The position numbers were made by a program, and so were the translations under genes. From positions 62,001 through 126,000 of the forward strand of contig KZ538084.1 of assembly GCA_000934665.2 (NCBI GenBank): a DNA stretch of 64,000 bases, given 5' to 3'. The notes under the pieces were generated by a model. It saw only the letters and a list, made by a program, of their open reading frames with translations, ran no database searches and had not been told where the DNA came from. Positions 13,886 to 27,134 of the stretch are shown one piece after another; within the stretch, counting starts at the first letter, position 1; the number at the start of each line of letters is the position of its first letter. This DNA comes from Catajapyx aquilonaris. Its lineage: Eukaryota.

Positions 13886-14291
13886 TTTTTTTTTTATTAT
13901 AGATATACCCCGTGCTAGAGCCATGGGCTCTCTTAGGGGAGTGGAATACCACTATGTGCAGGGACAGGGTGGGGATAGGAGGGGGGGACACTGGTGCATG
14001 TGCAATGTCATCAAGTTGGGGGTCGTGTGCAGTCCCTCAGGGGGCCCGTTCGCCAAGATGATCCCCTAGATGCGAGTTAGAAACCCCCGACTAACCCGCA
14101 CCTCCTCCAGGACAGGGAGAGGAAGGAAGCGGCTGTGGCCTATTTTACGGTACGATCCCGGAAATTATTCCTGGGGCGACCTTGGAAAACCACAGAAAAC
14201 CAAGGTCAGGACCGCCGGCCTCCGGTACTCGAACCCAGGACCTCCCGATTAGCAGTCGGATACCAAATCCCCTCCGCCACTACTGCTTCGG
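13886..14291 (-). mobile_element. tRNA-derived SINE copy 1, full length
   Basis: On the minus strand: tRNA-like head (CCGACTGCTAATCGG anticodon arm, B-box-like GGTTCGAGTACC), body, 3' hairpin and A-rich tail. Exact 15-bp TSD TCCCTGCGGCCTATT at 13871-13885 and 14292-14306. Colinear with 37092-37495. Confidence 0.95.
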
Positions 14292-14309
14292 TCCCTGCGG
14301 CCTATTAGG

Positions 14310-14545
14310 TGTGGGGATGTGTAAAAGACAACTTTTCAAAGCTATAGTGTAAACTAACCTAACCTACTATCCTACGTAACCTAGGCTGAGAAAAATGGAC
14401 TTTTCTAAAACCCTACAACTGGAAATAGTGGGGACAAGTCCCCACTACTGTTAAAAATCAAACCCGCAATTTTCTTGTGGGGACCGTAAACGTCCCCGCA
14501 AGTGGGAAAAATGTCCCCACAGATGTGTGCAAGTCTCCACAGTTA
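14310..14545. repeat. Degenerate repeat with GTGGGGAC/GTCCCCAC motifs and TAACCTAACCT tract
   Basis: Several GTGGGGAC/GTCCCCAC/GTCTCCAC motifs in both orientations (about 14428-14540). No termini or TSD resolved. Confidence 0.35.
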
Positions 14546-17385
14546 CAGTAAAAACAACTACTTCCGGTGCCACAGCTTATTGAAGACAGGTACACCTTAA
14601 AGGCAGTCGCACTTCAATTGAGTGATTTGAAACTGGTCGTTAATAGGGGTTCAAGACCCTCGATACATGCTAAATTTTTCTTCCTTACACACTCCTTTTT
14701 TATATATGACTCTGCCCTGTAATTAAAAGTAAAATATGTTTGCATGTCTTGAATCCACAATCTCTGCCTTCATGGCCCATAGCAACCTATATGCAAAATC
14801 ATCGCAACTTTAACCGCACCTCCCCAGTAGCACCTCAGGCCTACACTGGATGAATGACCTATACCACACCTAATGCAATATATTTTTTGCTGATGTACAA
14901 ATTACATTACCAGCAGCATTACCACGCAACCGAATAAAACCTACAAAAATGTACCCTCAAAATCCGGATTTTGTGTAGACCACCCTGAAAAACGCTCCAC
15001 ACTCCCAAGTAGAACAGCCCCAACTTGACATCAGTTGAAACGTGATTCCCAAAAGCCCAACATGATAAATCCAAGTCGTAGAAGCAATCTATTCCAACCG
15101 TCGAAAAGGGGTCGTGCCCTATCCGAGAGCACATCCAACTATCTACCTTATTTTTTTCCTCTCTCTAGTTCCATCTAATGTATTCCGTCTCATCCGTACC
15201 GTACATTCCAGATTTCCTATGCACATCCTCCTCTCGGGGACACCAGAAAAAGGTTGATAGGTGAGATGAAAGGGTCACTGGTTGCATATCAGTCAAGCTG
15301 CCCCCATGTGATGCACTCTATCCACTTGGAATATTTTAAACACTGATGACCTGACCTACGGTCAAAACTTTAGGGTCAAATGTAGGGGCTTAACTTGAGC
15401 TGGATTTCGTGGGTCTTTTGGGAGGACCTGTGGAGAAGTCGGACACATTTCCTTCGTACCAAATGACAGCCATGAAGGCGGTGGAAGGGTAAAGGTGGAG
15501 GAGTTCTACACAGTTCGTTTCCAGAGCCTTTTGTTGGATCGATGTGGAGTTCCACGCATCTTTGTTGGCGGGGGTTTAATTCGATTTCTCATTCTGCTTC
15601 GTTACATTTCTTTCCAATAGTTGCCCCGGAAGGTAGAAAAGAAGGATGGGAGAGAAAAAGAAAAAGACAAAACAGAAGAAGTGGAAAAGAAAGTGAGCGC
15701 AAATCTTCACAATATGAAACCGAGTTTAAATATTTCGTGCCGATATTATGAGTGACTGACGTCAATCGAAAATGGAGGAAATTGGGAATTTTGCAGGCCG
15801 TATCAGTTCTGAGACTGGTTTTTTGACAGTGTACTTACTCGAGCGGTTTTAGTTCAAAGGGGTGGATTACTTTGTTGTACTCAAAACTGTGTAACAACGT
15901 ACATTCCACTAGATTCCGTCTTTGATATGTACAAAGCCGTCAATATAATCATGCTGAGTGCAACTAATTAATCGGATTATTACGAGTGTGCAGTACCCAC
16001 AGCATAACTTCTCAAATAGGGGATTAGGCAACCTCTCCCCCTGCACTCCACACCAGACACCCTAAGAGATCTGATTGGTAGAGAAGGTATAGGGATCATC
16101 ATCTCCACTAATCAGATCGGTGGGTACAGGGCGGTACAAAGGAAATGCTATTTTGAAACCCTATGGCAATATTTAGGACATGCCTATTTTTTTTGAGACG
16201 TTAGGCTGTGGGGACTAGTCTTCAGGACCGTTTTGAAATGTGAGCATGTATAAAAGTACTGGTGTTAAAGCACTAGACTTTTTTTTCTTTAGGGAGGCAG
16301 GCACGTGAAAGACACTCATTATCACCACCCACTGTACGTCCGCCATGTCCCTTCAAGGTCGCCGTGATTCAATGCAATTTTACCATTTTACGACTTGTTG
16401 AGTGCACATTTTCACATTTTTTCTACGTTTGGGCAGTTACACGCCAACACTTATCTCACGACGGTACCTTCGACACCACAAGATTGACGTCCATGTCGTT
16501 AACGGCGGACCTGTCGCCATTTCGCACTAGTACATGTTCATCTTTTAGGGTCAAGGAATCACCTGCTACGAACGACCATCAGTACACGTGCCGGCGTGAC
16601 TTTACGGGCACAATTTTCAAAGTCGTTTGCGTTCCGAATTGTTGCCTGTGTGGTCCTAAACGCATGTCTCCGCCTTCATTTGCCACCGCAATAACTCACT
16701 TTACCTGAGGCGCATAACAATGCAGCCACGATCAAGGGGAGCTTTCACGGGAGGAAGACGACCAGGAATGACTGTCGGAATCCAATGAGAAACCGGTATC
16801 ACTAATTACTTGTCGTTTAGTGGTCCCCTCGGGAGGAGACAAACGGTGATCAGTCGAGTGACTAACAGCAGGCTGCCTTTCAAAAAAAATCCGAAGGGAA
16901 GGAATATCTCTCTAGCATCAGTTGGTAGTGTGAGAATAGTTGAAAGAATAATAGAGGCGAGTAATTCATGGGAGGTTCAAAGAGATGTTTCAAGACGAAA
17001 AAATTCAGCCCCATTAGTAGGTGAGAGATATCATTTAAGCGGCGTGAACAAAATGTGCAGTAGCCATTTATTTGATACTGTGCTCTTTGTTTGAGCTTCA
17101 GTACAGTATATATGTCCAAATTACGTGCCGTCATACTGTAGGTGTATAAGGCTGATTTAATCTGTGTAACGCTTGGTTGAGCAGTTTCTCTGCCTCCGGT
17201 GCATGTTAGGCCTATGAAAGAATGTGTGAAAGTGCAATTTTTTTCTGAAGTATTATACCATATGTGACCCATATAACCATTTAACCTGTAAATGTGAATA
17301 TTTATGCCATTGATTCTTGCAAGCAGTTGGCAACAATAATGTTTTGGACAACGTTGTACTGAGAATAGTCAATTTTCTTAATATA

Positions 17386-17637
17386 CACGGTGTTTCAAGT
17401 TCGTGGGTCACTTCTTGATAACTGATATTGCCCGATAGTATTTTTTGTAGCTTGTTTGCCCCTAACCATGTGCTCCATTCTATAGCACCTGCTACTGCAT
17501 ATTCGACCCCCAGTGGGTGGAATATAGCAATAGTTATAGAATGGGGCACATGGTTAGGGACACAACAAGCTACAAAAATAACTGCTATCGGACGATATCA
17601 GTTATCAAGAAGTGACCCACAAACTTGGAACACCCTT
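17386..17637. mobile_element. MITE family B copy 2 (Tc1/mariner-like)
   Basis: TA|CACGGTGTTTCAAGTTCGTGGGTCACTT ... AAGTGACCCACAAACTTGGAACACCCTT|TA; homologous to 11551-11772. Confidence 0.9.
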
Positions 17638-19774
17638 TATGGTAACTGATCATTACGGAGTACTATACGGCTTACCATACAGCAATCAATTTATTAAGCT
17701 CAGTTTACATGCTGGGCTGTGATGTACTTTTTTGCTTTGACTGTAATACTGAGGCTGCATCATACATAATGCACTAGCCACTAGTGGAGAGTAAACTATA
17801 TGTGCCAACTTCGTACCGTACCTGTATCGCATAGAGACTGTTAAATACTTCCAACATGTTGCATTTCAAAGTATAGACTATTCAGTTAGCACTCTTGTAA
17901 TTTAAAACTACTTACACGGAATAGCTAACGAAGACTATACATTTCCCAGAACTAAGTGAATTATTAAAACGAATCTTTTTTATAACCAATAATAGAGCCA
18001 AGAAACTCTACCTGAAAAAATGGACGATTCAAGAATATATCTGAGAATCGAAACAGTACTCGACAAGCCTAACATTCGGGAAAATCCAGCTAATTAGATG
18101 TTTCCCAACTGAATGTATATACCGCCGTAAATGAAGACATCCCATGACAACCAGCTTCTCACGCCTCATACTACACCAGCATCCATCACCAATGATTTGC
18201 ATTCAATAGGCAGCCCATTAAGATCTCACCCGATAAAGACGGGTCACGGCTTCCACCTTGCCTTTAAAATGGCGGCACATTTTGACGACCGTTAAACGGT
18301 TTCACTCCCTTCATCTTTGTACGTTGACCAAGTGGATGAAGCCATATCTGGGCCGAACTGTACACTCTATAGGTCTTCCCCGGATAATAATAATCCTTCG
18401 TAGCCCTTCCCGAACAAGCTCGGCCCTAGCGGCGTGTATCTAGTTCCCGCGAGTGTTGACGGATATCGCCATTTGAACCGCTCTTTATAGCGCGAGAGTA
18501 TGAAAAAGAGTTTATTCGCTTTTTCGCTTTGCCGCTTTCGCTACGGTGGAAGCAGGCCCCCGCAGCTGACAAGTGGAAACCCCGGATGCCACTTCAGCTT
18601 TACACCACTTGCCGCCTTTCATAATCTCTCTTCTCTCTTACCATCTCTTCTCCTTACTCCAGATATGGAGTCATCACAATAATGGTCCTAAAAATTAATT
18701 ATTGATTGTAGAACTCTTCTAGTTGCCAACTGTTGCGCGGATTCATGGTCCACAGGTTTTTCCTGCACTGATATCATTGATTTTTGCACCATTAATAATT
18801 CTGGCGGAGGAATACAGCTCTTTCCACTCCATTTGGCATGTCGGGAGGAAAAATAGCGGTGGTAACGTTATTTTCGCCTCTGGTAAGGTGAAGGACCTGA
18901 TACCCCCCCTTCCATTTTTATAATGATCTGATTGCACAGATTATTAGATTAGACTACTTGTCAAATTCCGCACTTAATTGCTCACTAGTACTGGGCCGAG
19001 TTAGCTTTTTTGGCCTAGTTATGACAACTTTTCCCATGCAATCATGCAGAAACTCCCATGATCGCTTCGGCAGCCCGGGAAGAGCATTTTGATGTTCAAT
19101 TTTCTCCGTTGCCCGCACGCCATCGCGTGGAGTCATCATTCTGGCTTGTCAAAACCTGGGTCAGAATTGATCATCATCGCGGAGGTCACAATGTTGCATG
19201 GGTACAAATTGGACCCATCTCATCGCACTTAGGGCCGGGTTGTATGAAAGCAAAATATCAATATATATTTTTTTTTGTTTAATTTTCGTTGATGCAACCG
19301 GCTTTTGAAAATCAATTGTGGTAATTAACTATTTTAAAAAAAATGTGTTTCAAGGAAATTCTGAGTTAAAAGCAGCGTTTCACATTGAATTTGGCCTGAA
19401 GCACCTCACGCCGATTAATCCCGCAGGAAACTCCTTCAACAAGCTCCTTAATTTATTGGCCTAACCTTTTGGGTTGTTATCACCTTGTAACCTTGCAACA
19501 TTATCAGAACTATTATAAACGTGTACTGGCAATGAATTTTGCTTTTGCATGCCAAATTACACCCACTTCATTCATAATCAATGAACAATACAAGGGAAGA
19601 CGAACCTCCCTCCAACTCCCCTCATCCTCACCTTCCATACATTATGGATGCTGTGTTTGCAAGAGGCTGTTGCAAAAGGCAAAGATCGTGAGCTTCCTTC
19701 GGATAGGGCGAATTATCTACTGGAGAGGAAGTGTGCTTATGGGATACAGGGGCTCGCTTAGTTTATATAGGCCA

Positions 19775-19888
19775 CAGGGTGTTTCTTCAATAAAAGGAAC
19801 TGTGGGGGAACTATGGTGTCATTTGTTCGCCGGAACCTCTCTATAATACCATGTCAAATATCATGTTCTGAAATTTTAGAACACCCGG
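19775..19888. mobile_element. Possible small degenerate Tc1/mariner-like MITE
   Basis: CAGGGTGTT at left and AACACCCGG|TA at right; only short, imperfect complementarity. Confidence 0.3.
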
Positions 19889-19950
19889 TACTGTTGTGAG
19901 ATCTGACCCCGAAGGATCGGTTGTGGTCCAAGAAAATTATGGTTGCAGAC

Positions 19951-20595
19951 TAGGGCTGTGCGGTTAACCGGTTAACCGGTTAATTTTTAGGTTATTGCAT
20001 TAACCGGTTACCCGGTTAATTTTTTATGTAATAACCGGTTATTGCACTAACCGGTTATTTCCCCGATTAACCGGTTTATGCAATAACCGGTTATTGCACT
20101 AACCGGTTAATGGGGAGGGACTAGGGCAAGGCGCCAAGCCAAGGTAGGGCCCAGCCCACGGACACTTACTCCTATCTTCTGGGCTAATCACCTGCCGAGG
20201 GTTTACGCACCGGGTTCTCACTTGAGACCGCCACGAGACATTTCCCAGAGCTATCATGTGGCGTCCCTACCGGACTAAGGCTGAACTTTATAGGTACAAA
20301 AGGGGGGGCCCAACATGGCCGCCGGCGGCCATGTTGGGCCCGGTAGCCCCGGTACGGCGGTACCGCCCTGGTACTCTACGTTATGTACCAATATATTCTC
20401 CTATGAAAATAACCGTTTAATAAAAAATAACCGGTTAAACAAAAATAACCGGTTAATCGAAAATAACCGGTTAATCGAAAATAACCGGTTAATCGAAAAT
20501 AACCGGTTAATCGAAAATAACCGCTAACCGGTTATAACCGCGGTTATTTCAATAACCGATAACCGGTTTCCAAATTCAATAACCGCACAGCCCTA
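19951..20595. mobile_element. hAT-type MITE with subterminal AACCGGTT arrays
   Basis: Perfect TIR TAGGGCTGTGCGGTT / AACCGCACAGCCCTA. Exact 8-bp TSD TTGCAGAC at 19943-19950 and 20596-20603. Many AACCGGTT motifs at both ends, including 18-bp tandem AAAATAACCGGTTAATCG units. Confidence 0.95.
20152..20341. mobile_element. Truncated, diverged family C copy nested in the hAT MITE
   Basis: CAGCCCACGGACACTT ... ATGTGGCGTCCCTACCGGACT ... TGAACTTTATAGGTACAAAAGGG ... CCCAACATGGCCGCCGGCGGCCATGTTGGGCCC aligns with the left half of 8125-8493. Confidence 0.8.
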
Positions 20596-23500
20596 TTGCA
20601 GACCACCTCTTTATTTGTAGAAGCCTCTACTGAGGCTACCAACCGACTTGTGACAAAGCCAGTAGCCTCCTTCCAGGTCCGCACCCGAAGCATATCGCAA
20701 GCAACCCCATTGGATGTTATGGTGTATACTGTACATTTGGTTAGATCTGATATTGAAGGTACGAAAGTGTGAATGAGGAAATTAGGAGGAAAATTTTTCA
20801 ACACATGTCAACGAAAAAATTAAGTATGTAGGAGTACATGTTGCCACCATCAGTTAGCACTATGGGAAAAGCGTGTCGCAAAAACAAACATGCAAATGCA
20901 TAAATAAATGATATGGCAAACCGTAATGGACGCGAGGTGCGAATTTTGAGGGTTACTAATGCCCAACGATATCAAATATTTAGTTGGTACATTTTAGAGC
21001 TTTTTCGCTGAATTGCCTGCCACACGATCAGAATAAAGCATATTACCACATCAAAATGGAATCTTGCTTAGAACAACTTTACGACCTCGGTGGGTTTTCA
21101 TGTTCATAGTCTTGTAATATTATACTGTCGAGACTGTATGAACTCTGAGTATACAATGAATGATTACAGTAGCCTTTCTATACAGTATAACTATAGCAGT
21201 AGGGCCTATTATTTTCACTAAGACGAACATACACCCATCTATGCACATTAGATCCATATAAATAACCTGGTTTTTTACGCCAGTTTTTATGGCAGCAATG
21301 GGGGTTGTATTACACCGGAGTAATTTGTTCCTGTTGCTTTTGTAAGAGAAGCGGGCCCCGATATGAGTTTATTTTAATGCGGGTGCATATATACAGGTTC
21401 AATGGAATACTGCGTACTTTGCCTTGGCCTTTAGAAAAGAAAATGTGGTATTTTGTGATAGCACAATATAGCGTGGCTGCCAGCTCTGTAAATGGCCGAT
21501 TATTATGGCGAGATATATTTCGTCTTAAACGGCAATTTTTCACAAGTGTAAGGAGCCATTCCTGACATTAGGTGCCATCTCTTACTAGCCTTTTTGAAAT
21601 ACTGTCTGTGTTGTGGATCGCCTTATCTGCTTGCTAAGAGGAGGTAGTTAGGACGGATCGAAGTCTATGGACCTTTTGCTCCGAATGCGGTGACATCCAG
21701 AGGCAAGAGCTGGTATTACTCTTGACTGGTTCTGGTGGTTAGGATGATACGGCCATTAGTTACAAAGAACTGATAGTGTCTACATAGGCTCATACAGTAT
21801 CACTTGTGAGTAGGAATTTCATGAGATATGTTTCAATTTTTATGGTTTCTTTGTATTTGCGTTTTAAGTAAATTAATCTGGAACATGATTGTGATGCTTT
21901 ATGACCATTGGCACCATCATGAGTCGACCCGTTTATCCAAGACAAAACTAGACCTTTTAGAAGTGAACAAGGAAGGGTGAGTCCTACTTATTTCAAATTC
22001 GTAGCACGCCACTTAGGTCCTGGTTTCCGAAACAATAAGCATTAAAGTTCCTCCAGTTGAATGACCGCCGCGTTCATTAATGAAGAGAAATGTCTGGAAC
22101 CGATTAGCAACGGCCTCCCACGGTCAAACCTGAAATGGTGGTCGGGGACAGACGCCTTATGAGAGTCTAAATTGGTGTCCTCTCTCTCCCAACATTTTTG
22201 GAGGTTTTTCGAACTGGAGCGAGACTAGACTAACAATGGCTGCTGCAGTCCGACTATCCCCTCAAGCGAAGAAATGCGTAGGAATCGGGCGGTAACAAAT
22301 GGCTGAGGTGGCGGCCAAGGATTAGGAAGATTATGTCGGTATGGTTAGTCCGTCCACGAAATGAGAGTATAAAGGGTGGGCCAAGCGGGGCAAATAACTA
22401 ATCCCGGGGCCCACAATCTGGCGCCCGAAGTAGGGGGTTGGTGCTGCGGCTGCTGGGGACATAAGTCTCCTGATTCCCTAGCTCTAGAGCTAGAATGCCC
22501 CCTAACCTCGCCTATATGCTATAGTCCATCCTGTCCAGCGCCGGTTCTAGCCTGGAACAAACCCCTAGTGTCTTGCTAACTCGAGACCAAATTGGAGTTG
22601 CGTGTCCTTTAAACTCGATCGGACCACTGTTTTATGTATAGTGTACTTTGTGAGAGCTGACCGGCTTAGGTCATCACTTCTGACCCCCGCATTGGTCGTG
22701 TTACAACAATACGCAGAATGTCATTAGAATAGCCTCGTCTTTGGCTGTGCCATACAACTCCTAGCCTACCAACCAGTTCGCCATCTAGTGGGGGGTGCAT
22801 ATAAGCCCTCCCCCCCCCCCCCNCCCCCCCCCCATCAGCTTGTACTGTGTGGAAGGTAAGAGTCATGTTTGTTTATTAAGGTTGACACCGGCCTTTTTGC
22901 TCCGAACCGTATATGTCACTTGAAGCTTTGCAACAGTGATAGAGATCTCCAATGTTAGCGTTTACTTAGTTACAGCTTACGTTAGGACGATCTGTGTAAT
23001 CCCTACACAAACGCCGGCTTTCTCTGTAAACGTCAATTGAGACATATGACAACGGGCTGTATAGCAGAAAGCGGCCCGAAAATGGCGCACCTTCAGACAC
23101 TACAAGAACATATTGACTATTATAATAATTAACTGCACAAAGTTTGAGCCCCCATAGCAGAGCATGTTTTCCAGTAGCCGCCTCTTCGTTGACAGCTTTG
23201 TAAATGGTCAAACATGCCGGACAACCACCAGCTAGCCACAGTGAACAAGTCCCACTTTGGCGGTGCGACACGTCTGCAAATATAGGACGATTTACCACCC
23301 CTACCACCCCAATGTTTTATCCATTTATTCTGGGGCATTTAGAGGGCGGTGTCCAACAAAGGACTGCCCCAGTTGCTCTCGACAACACCGCAAACATTGC
23401 GCTATGATTAGTTACATTGTAGGAAGTAATTGACAGTGGGGGGGGGGGGNGGAGGACTTGCCATGGCTGTAGACACCCCTCTGACCGGAAATAGTTGTAA

Positions 23501-25633
23501 GTGGCGGGTATTGTGTCGGGGAAATAAGCGAGGACACAAAGTGCAGTGCATACCGTGCGTAAGCCCCGTTTTTTTGTGCGGGGTGTTTGTTTCAGGCCCG
23601 ACTCTTCGTCGCCTCTTGATGTCGGTTGGTCGTCACGTGGGGCTACTTCCAAAGGCCATGGGTTGTACGGTTCAAGGTATCCGATAATTTCCATCTCTTT
23701 GTCTAATGCGGTGTGGCTGTCGGTGGGACAACATGGCCACTCAGATCGGAACAAAGCCCGATTTTCAAGCACCTATAGTTGTCAGAGTACGAAGGAATAA
23801 CCGTTCGTGTACATACAGTGTAGTCTTTGTTAGTTTTACAAAGTAATAAAAATTAAGGTTATACTGTATTAAGGTTAATTGGTAAATGGTCTGACCTCTA
23901 CTGTTTAATGGACGGGTTTCTGGGTTTTTTATTTAGGCATTTTTAATATTGGCAACTCGATGTAAAGAACCTTTCTTTTAGTTTTCGCAAGTTTGGTTTA
24001 ACCAATGACAAAAAGTTAATTGTTTAATTCATAACAATTTATTGGAGTCTGCCCAATATATTGTCTTTGTGCTCTTAACTGGGCAATTATTTTTAAAATA
24101 CACACGGGTCCGACCCATAGGTCTACTAAGAATGTACACATAGGCCTACTGTACTTTAGTCAAAATCATACAAATTCGATTAGAGATTTTCTTGTACTAA
24201 GTTGCTTGTTATGAAACAGTTATTTTCATGACCTGTTGCAAATATTGACTGCTAATATTATGATGAATGGAAAAGATATCTGGAAAATTACATTTGAGGT
24301 AGTGTGGCTCATTACAGGCTGGAGGAGTTGTGGTGTGTGAAATTACAACAGAGTTCACCTGTTTAGTTCCCTTAGGCGGTGATTTTTGGAATGCAAACAA
24401 GGGAATCTTCCGTCCCAACATTGCTCCATTGGCAACCAATCTGAAGGGGGACTAAACACAAATAACGGCAAGTAAACTATGCATAATTTCCTCTCGGGCG
24501 TTCTTAGAGGCAGCTTTAATTTACATCTAAAATCCCCGGGTTGGGAGCTAACATCCGGGATCCTCACGTCTAATCTGCCCATCTTTCCAGCCCCCTGCCA
24601 TCTTTCTTCGGCCTCGCGAGACTGGGAAACTTCAATGCCCCTAGACGATAGTCAAGGAAGGAACTAATTGTATTAAAACACAAAGTTACGTCTTTCGTCT
24701 CAGTTATAGTTTAACTAAATAGACAGAGTCCTGGGTGGTGTGTGTCTGCAAATTAGATGGGAACTCCTGCGAAACAAAAGCTACTTGGACCCCAAGTCGA
24801 TTCGCAATTATTGCCAGAACTACTTTTTAGCTCTTTATGCGATTATTTCGTTAGTCTCTTGCACAAGGCTGGTCTTTGCTGCTGCCAAATGGCTTCAGTG
24901 TCGCACCATTAACAGTACTTATTAGAGTTTCTTAATTCGGATACTGACGTCACTGGCTGGTTTCACTGTAACGTCAGTAATTCTCTCATAATTCCTATTA
25001 GGAACGGTATAAATGTTGCTTACAAAATTGTCCTCTTTGTGTTGATTGTAGGCCTACTATATCGCTCAAAAACACAAAGACGATTTTGAGCGATATAGTA
25101 CCTCCTGAAGTCATTTTTACGTCGAACAAAAATACTCCGGAGCTGAACAGGCCTTCCCGAAGCAAGTTGGTGCACAGGAGGCGAGAGGAGATGAATAACC
25201 CACATTGTGTGAACAGTACAGTCTACCCCCTTGTAATAGTTCAACAACATTTCGATGCTCCTTTTTTACCGGCCCGCTTTACAAGGTGTCTTGATTAAGC
25301 AAGTTTGTCGGCGGTGGCAGCAGCGCTTATAGAGCCAGTTTGACTACACACAACATTCTTCGGTGGAAGTAACAATACGCACCAACTTCTCCGGCGAACT
25401 TGCCTTATTAATTAGGCACAAGTAAATTTAGCAGCGGCGCATAATTTAGGCGATTTCCAAGCTAACAGATTCCCGGTAGGATACCTCAAGCCGTCGCCAT
25501 TCCGGAGTTCTCCTGTCTGTATAACCCACCGCACTCGGATCCTTAGCTATTTGGTGCCTCCTGTGTGCCCCATGGAAGCGGCATATCTTGAGCCTCATGA
25601 AATTGTGTACGTGTATTATGAGAATTGACTTAC

Positions 25634-25719
25634 CTACAGTAGTTTGCCAACATTGAACTAGCCGTCTCACGATTGATACAACACCTCCAGCCAGATCCAC
25701 CACTCGACACCCATGCCAT
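25634..25719 (-). CDS. Weak candidate first coding exon (MAWVSSGGSGWRCCINRETASSMLANYC+AG)
   Basis: ATG at 25719, 28 open codons, then a consensus donor AG|GTAAGT at 25634/25633. No homology recognised and no downstream exon identified. Confidence 0.2.
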
Positions 25720-26817
25720 CTACTGAACTTGAGCCGATCCTATTTTGTGCTCAGATCTTGTGACACGAAAATTGAAATAGCAACTTAGCTTCCACACACA
25801 CAATTGCGTGTTGCGCACATCTCCATCAAACGGGAATCATTTTGCAAAGCGAAAACAGCCGCTTGAAGCACTCTATTCCGTCCGCAAGCATGTGCAATAT
25901 CCCCAGCATTCTTGCACTGGGAATTTTTGCACAGCGTCGTCGCCTCAGCTGGAATGTTTTCACTTTTATCTGAGCAGAGGTAACGCCAGGCACTTCTCGA
26001 ATGCCTGCGGTACGCAGGTGTCTCCTCCAGAGGCGAAAAAAAGATATAAAAACGACGTAGAATGCAGCAGTGTCGCTCGATGGACGCGTGTTGGCTTTTC
26101 CCAAGTCCCTCGATATCAGTTGCATTCCTCTAGCTCGCGAGATTTTTTTTTCCCCCAAGTGTCTTATAGGAAGAGGAAAAACGGGTGGCAATCCGCAACG
26201 GGTGGCCAAAATCCGGGCGGTTTTCTCTACTGGAGTGTTTGTCTTCCCATTACACCTCAATCACGACGGCAAAACATCAACAAGAGGTAGAAGGAATCGC
26301 GACGTCCGAACTTTTCCAGCCAAGGTCCATCTTCTGTTATGATTTTTCGTTTCAGAATTCCTGTGAATCGATCTGGCAGGGAAAAATCAACGATTATTTT
26401 GGTTTCAAAAAAATTCCTTTTTTTTTGGAGTGTTCTATGTGAAAAGGGTGTAGTTATAGGATCTGGATTTTTCGGAGTGACGCCTGTTTCGTCATTCAGG
26501 TCGGGCTCTGCGATTGTTCCCATGGCAGATCCAGATTTTGGCCACCGCTCTGCTGTCCCAATATACCCAACCAACTAACGCTATGGTCATATTGATCATG
26601 GATCATGGGACGGGAGGTAGAAAAAAAAATCAAACCATCTCCCGCTAATAACCTGTGGATAAATGTTGATTTAACATACTTTTGTGATTGACAGTGATGT
26701 CCAGCGTATAGGTTTACACTGTTATATACTGTGAAAAATGTGAATGTATCTATCACCAAGTGACCCATGTTTTAATGTGGGACAATAGTGACCAGCTGAA
26801 AGTAAATTCAAGGAATA

Positions 26818-27134
26818 CACTGTACTCCCGATTATCCGGGCTAATGGCTGCACAGGTGTCGCCGGATAATCGGAACAAACGGATAATTGGAAAATGGTCA
26901 TGTACATACCTGAAAATAGCCATTAATATGCTTAAAATGAATGACTGTACGTACTGTACTATTCTTTAAATAAGATTTAATCAAAATTAGAAAAATTTTC
27001 GTAGATTTTTAGTGGGTCTTATGGAAGAAGTCTGTTATACATTTCTTTGTTAGTGAGAAAAATTGACATTTTTTGGACTTCTCTGTTTTGACCATGCACG
27101 GATAATCCGCACTCAGATAATCGAGAGTAGAGTG
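26818..27134. mobile_element. Tc1/mariner (Tigger/pogo-like) MITE
   Basis: TA|CACTGTACTCCCGATTATCCGG ... CAGATAATCGAGAGTAGAGTG|TA; internal CGGATAAT motifs repeated. Confidence 0.8.

Noticed and set aside
15340..15385. Penelope-type minimal hammerhead ribozyme (CTGATGA..GACC-TAC-GGTC-AAAAC..GTC)
   Set aside because: The conserved GAAA reads AAAA and stems I and III do not pair convincingly; at most a decayed relic.
22399..22420. tRNA-Lys primer-binding site TGGCGCCCGAA of an LTR element
   Set aside because: Only 11 nt match, with no paired LTRs, PPT or gag/pol similarity found.
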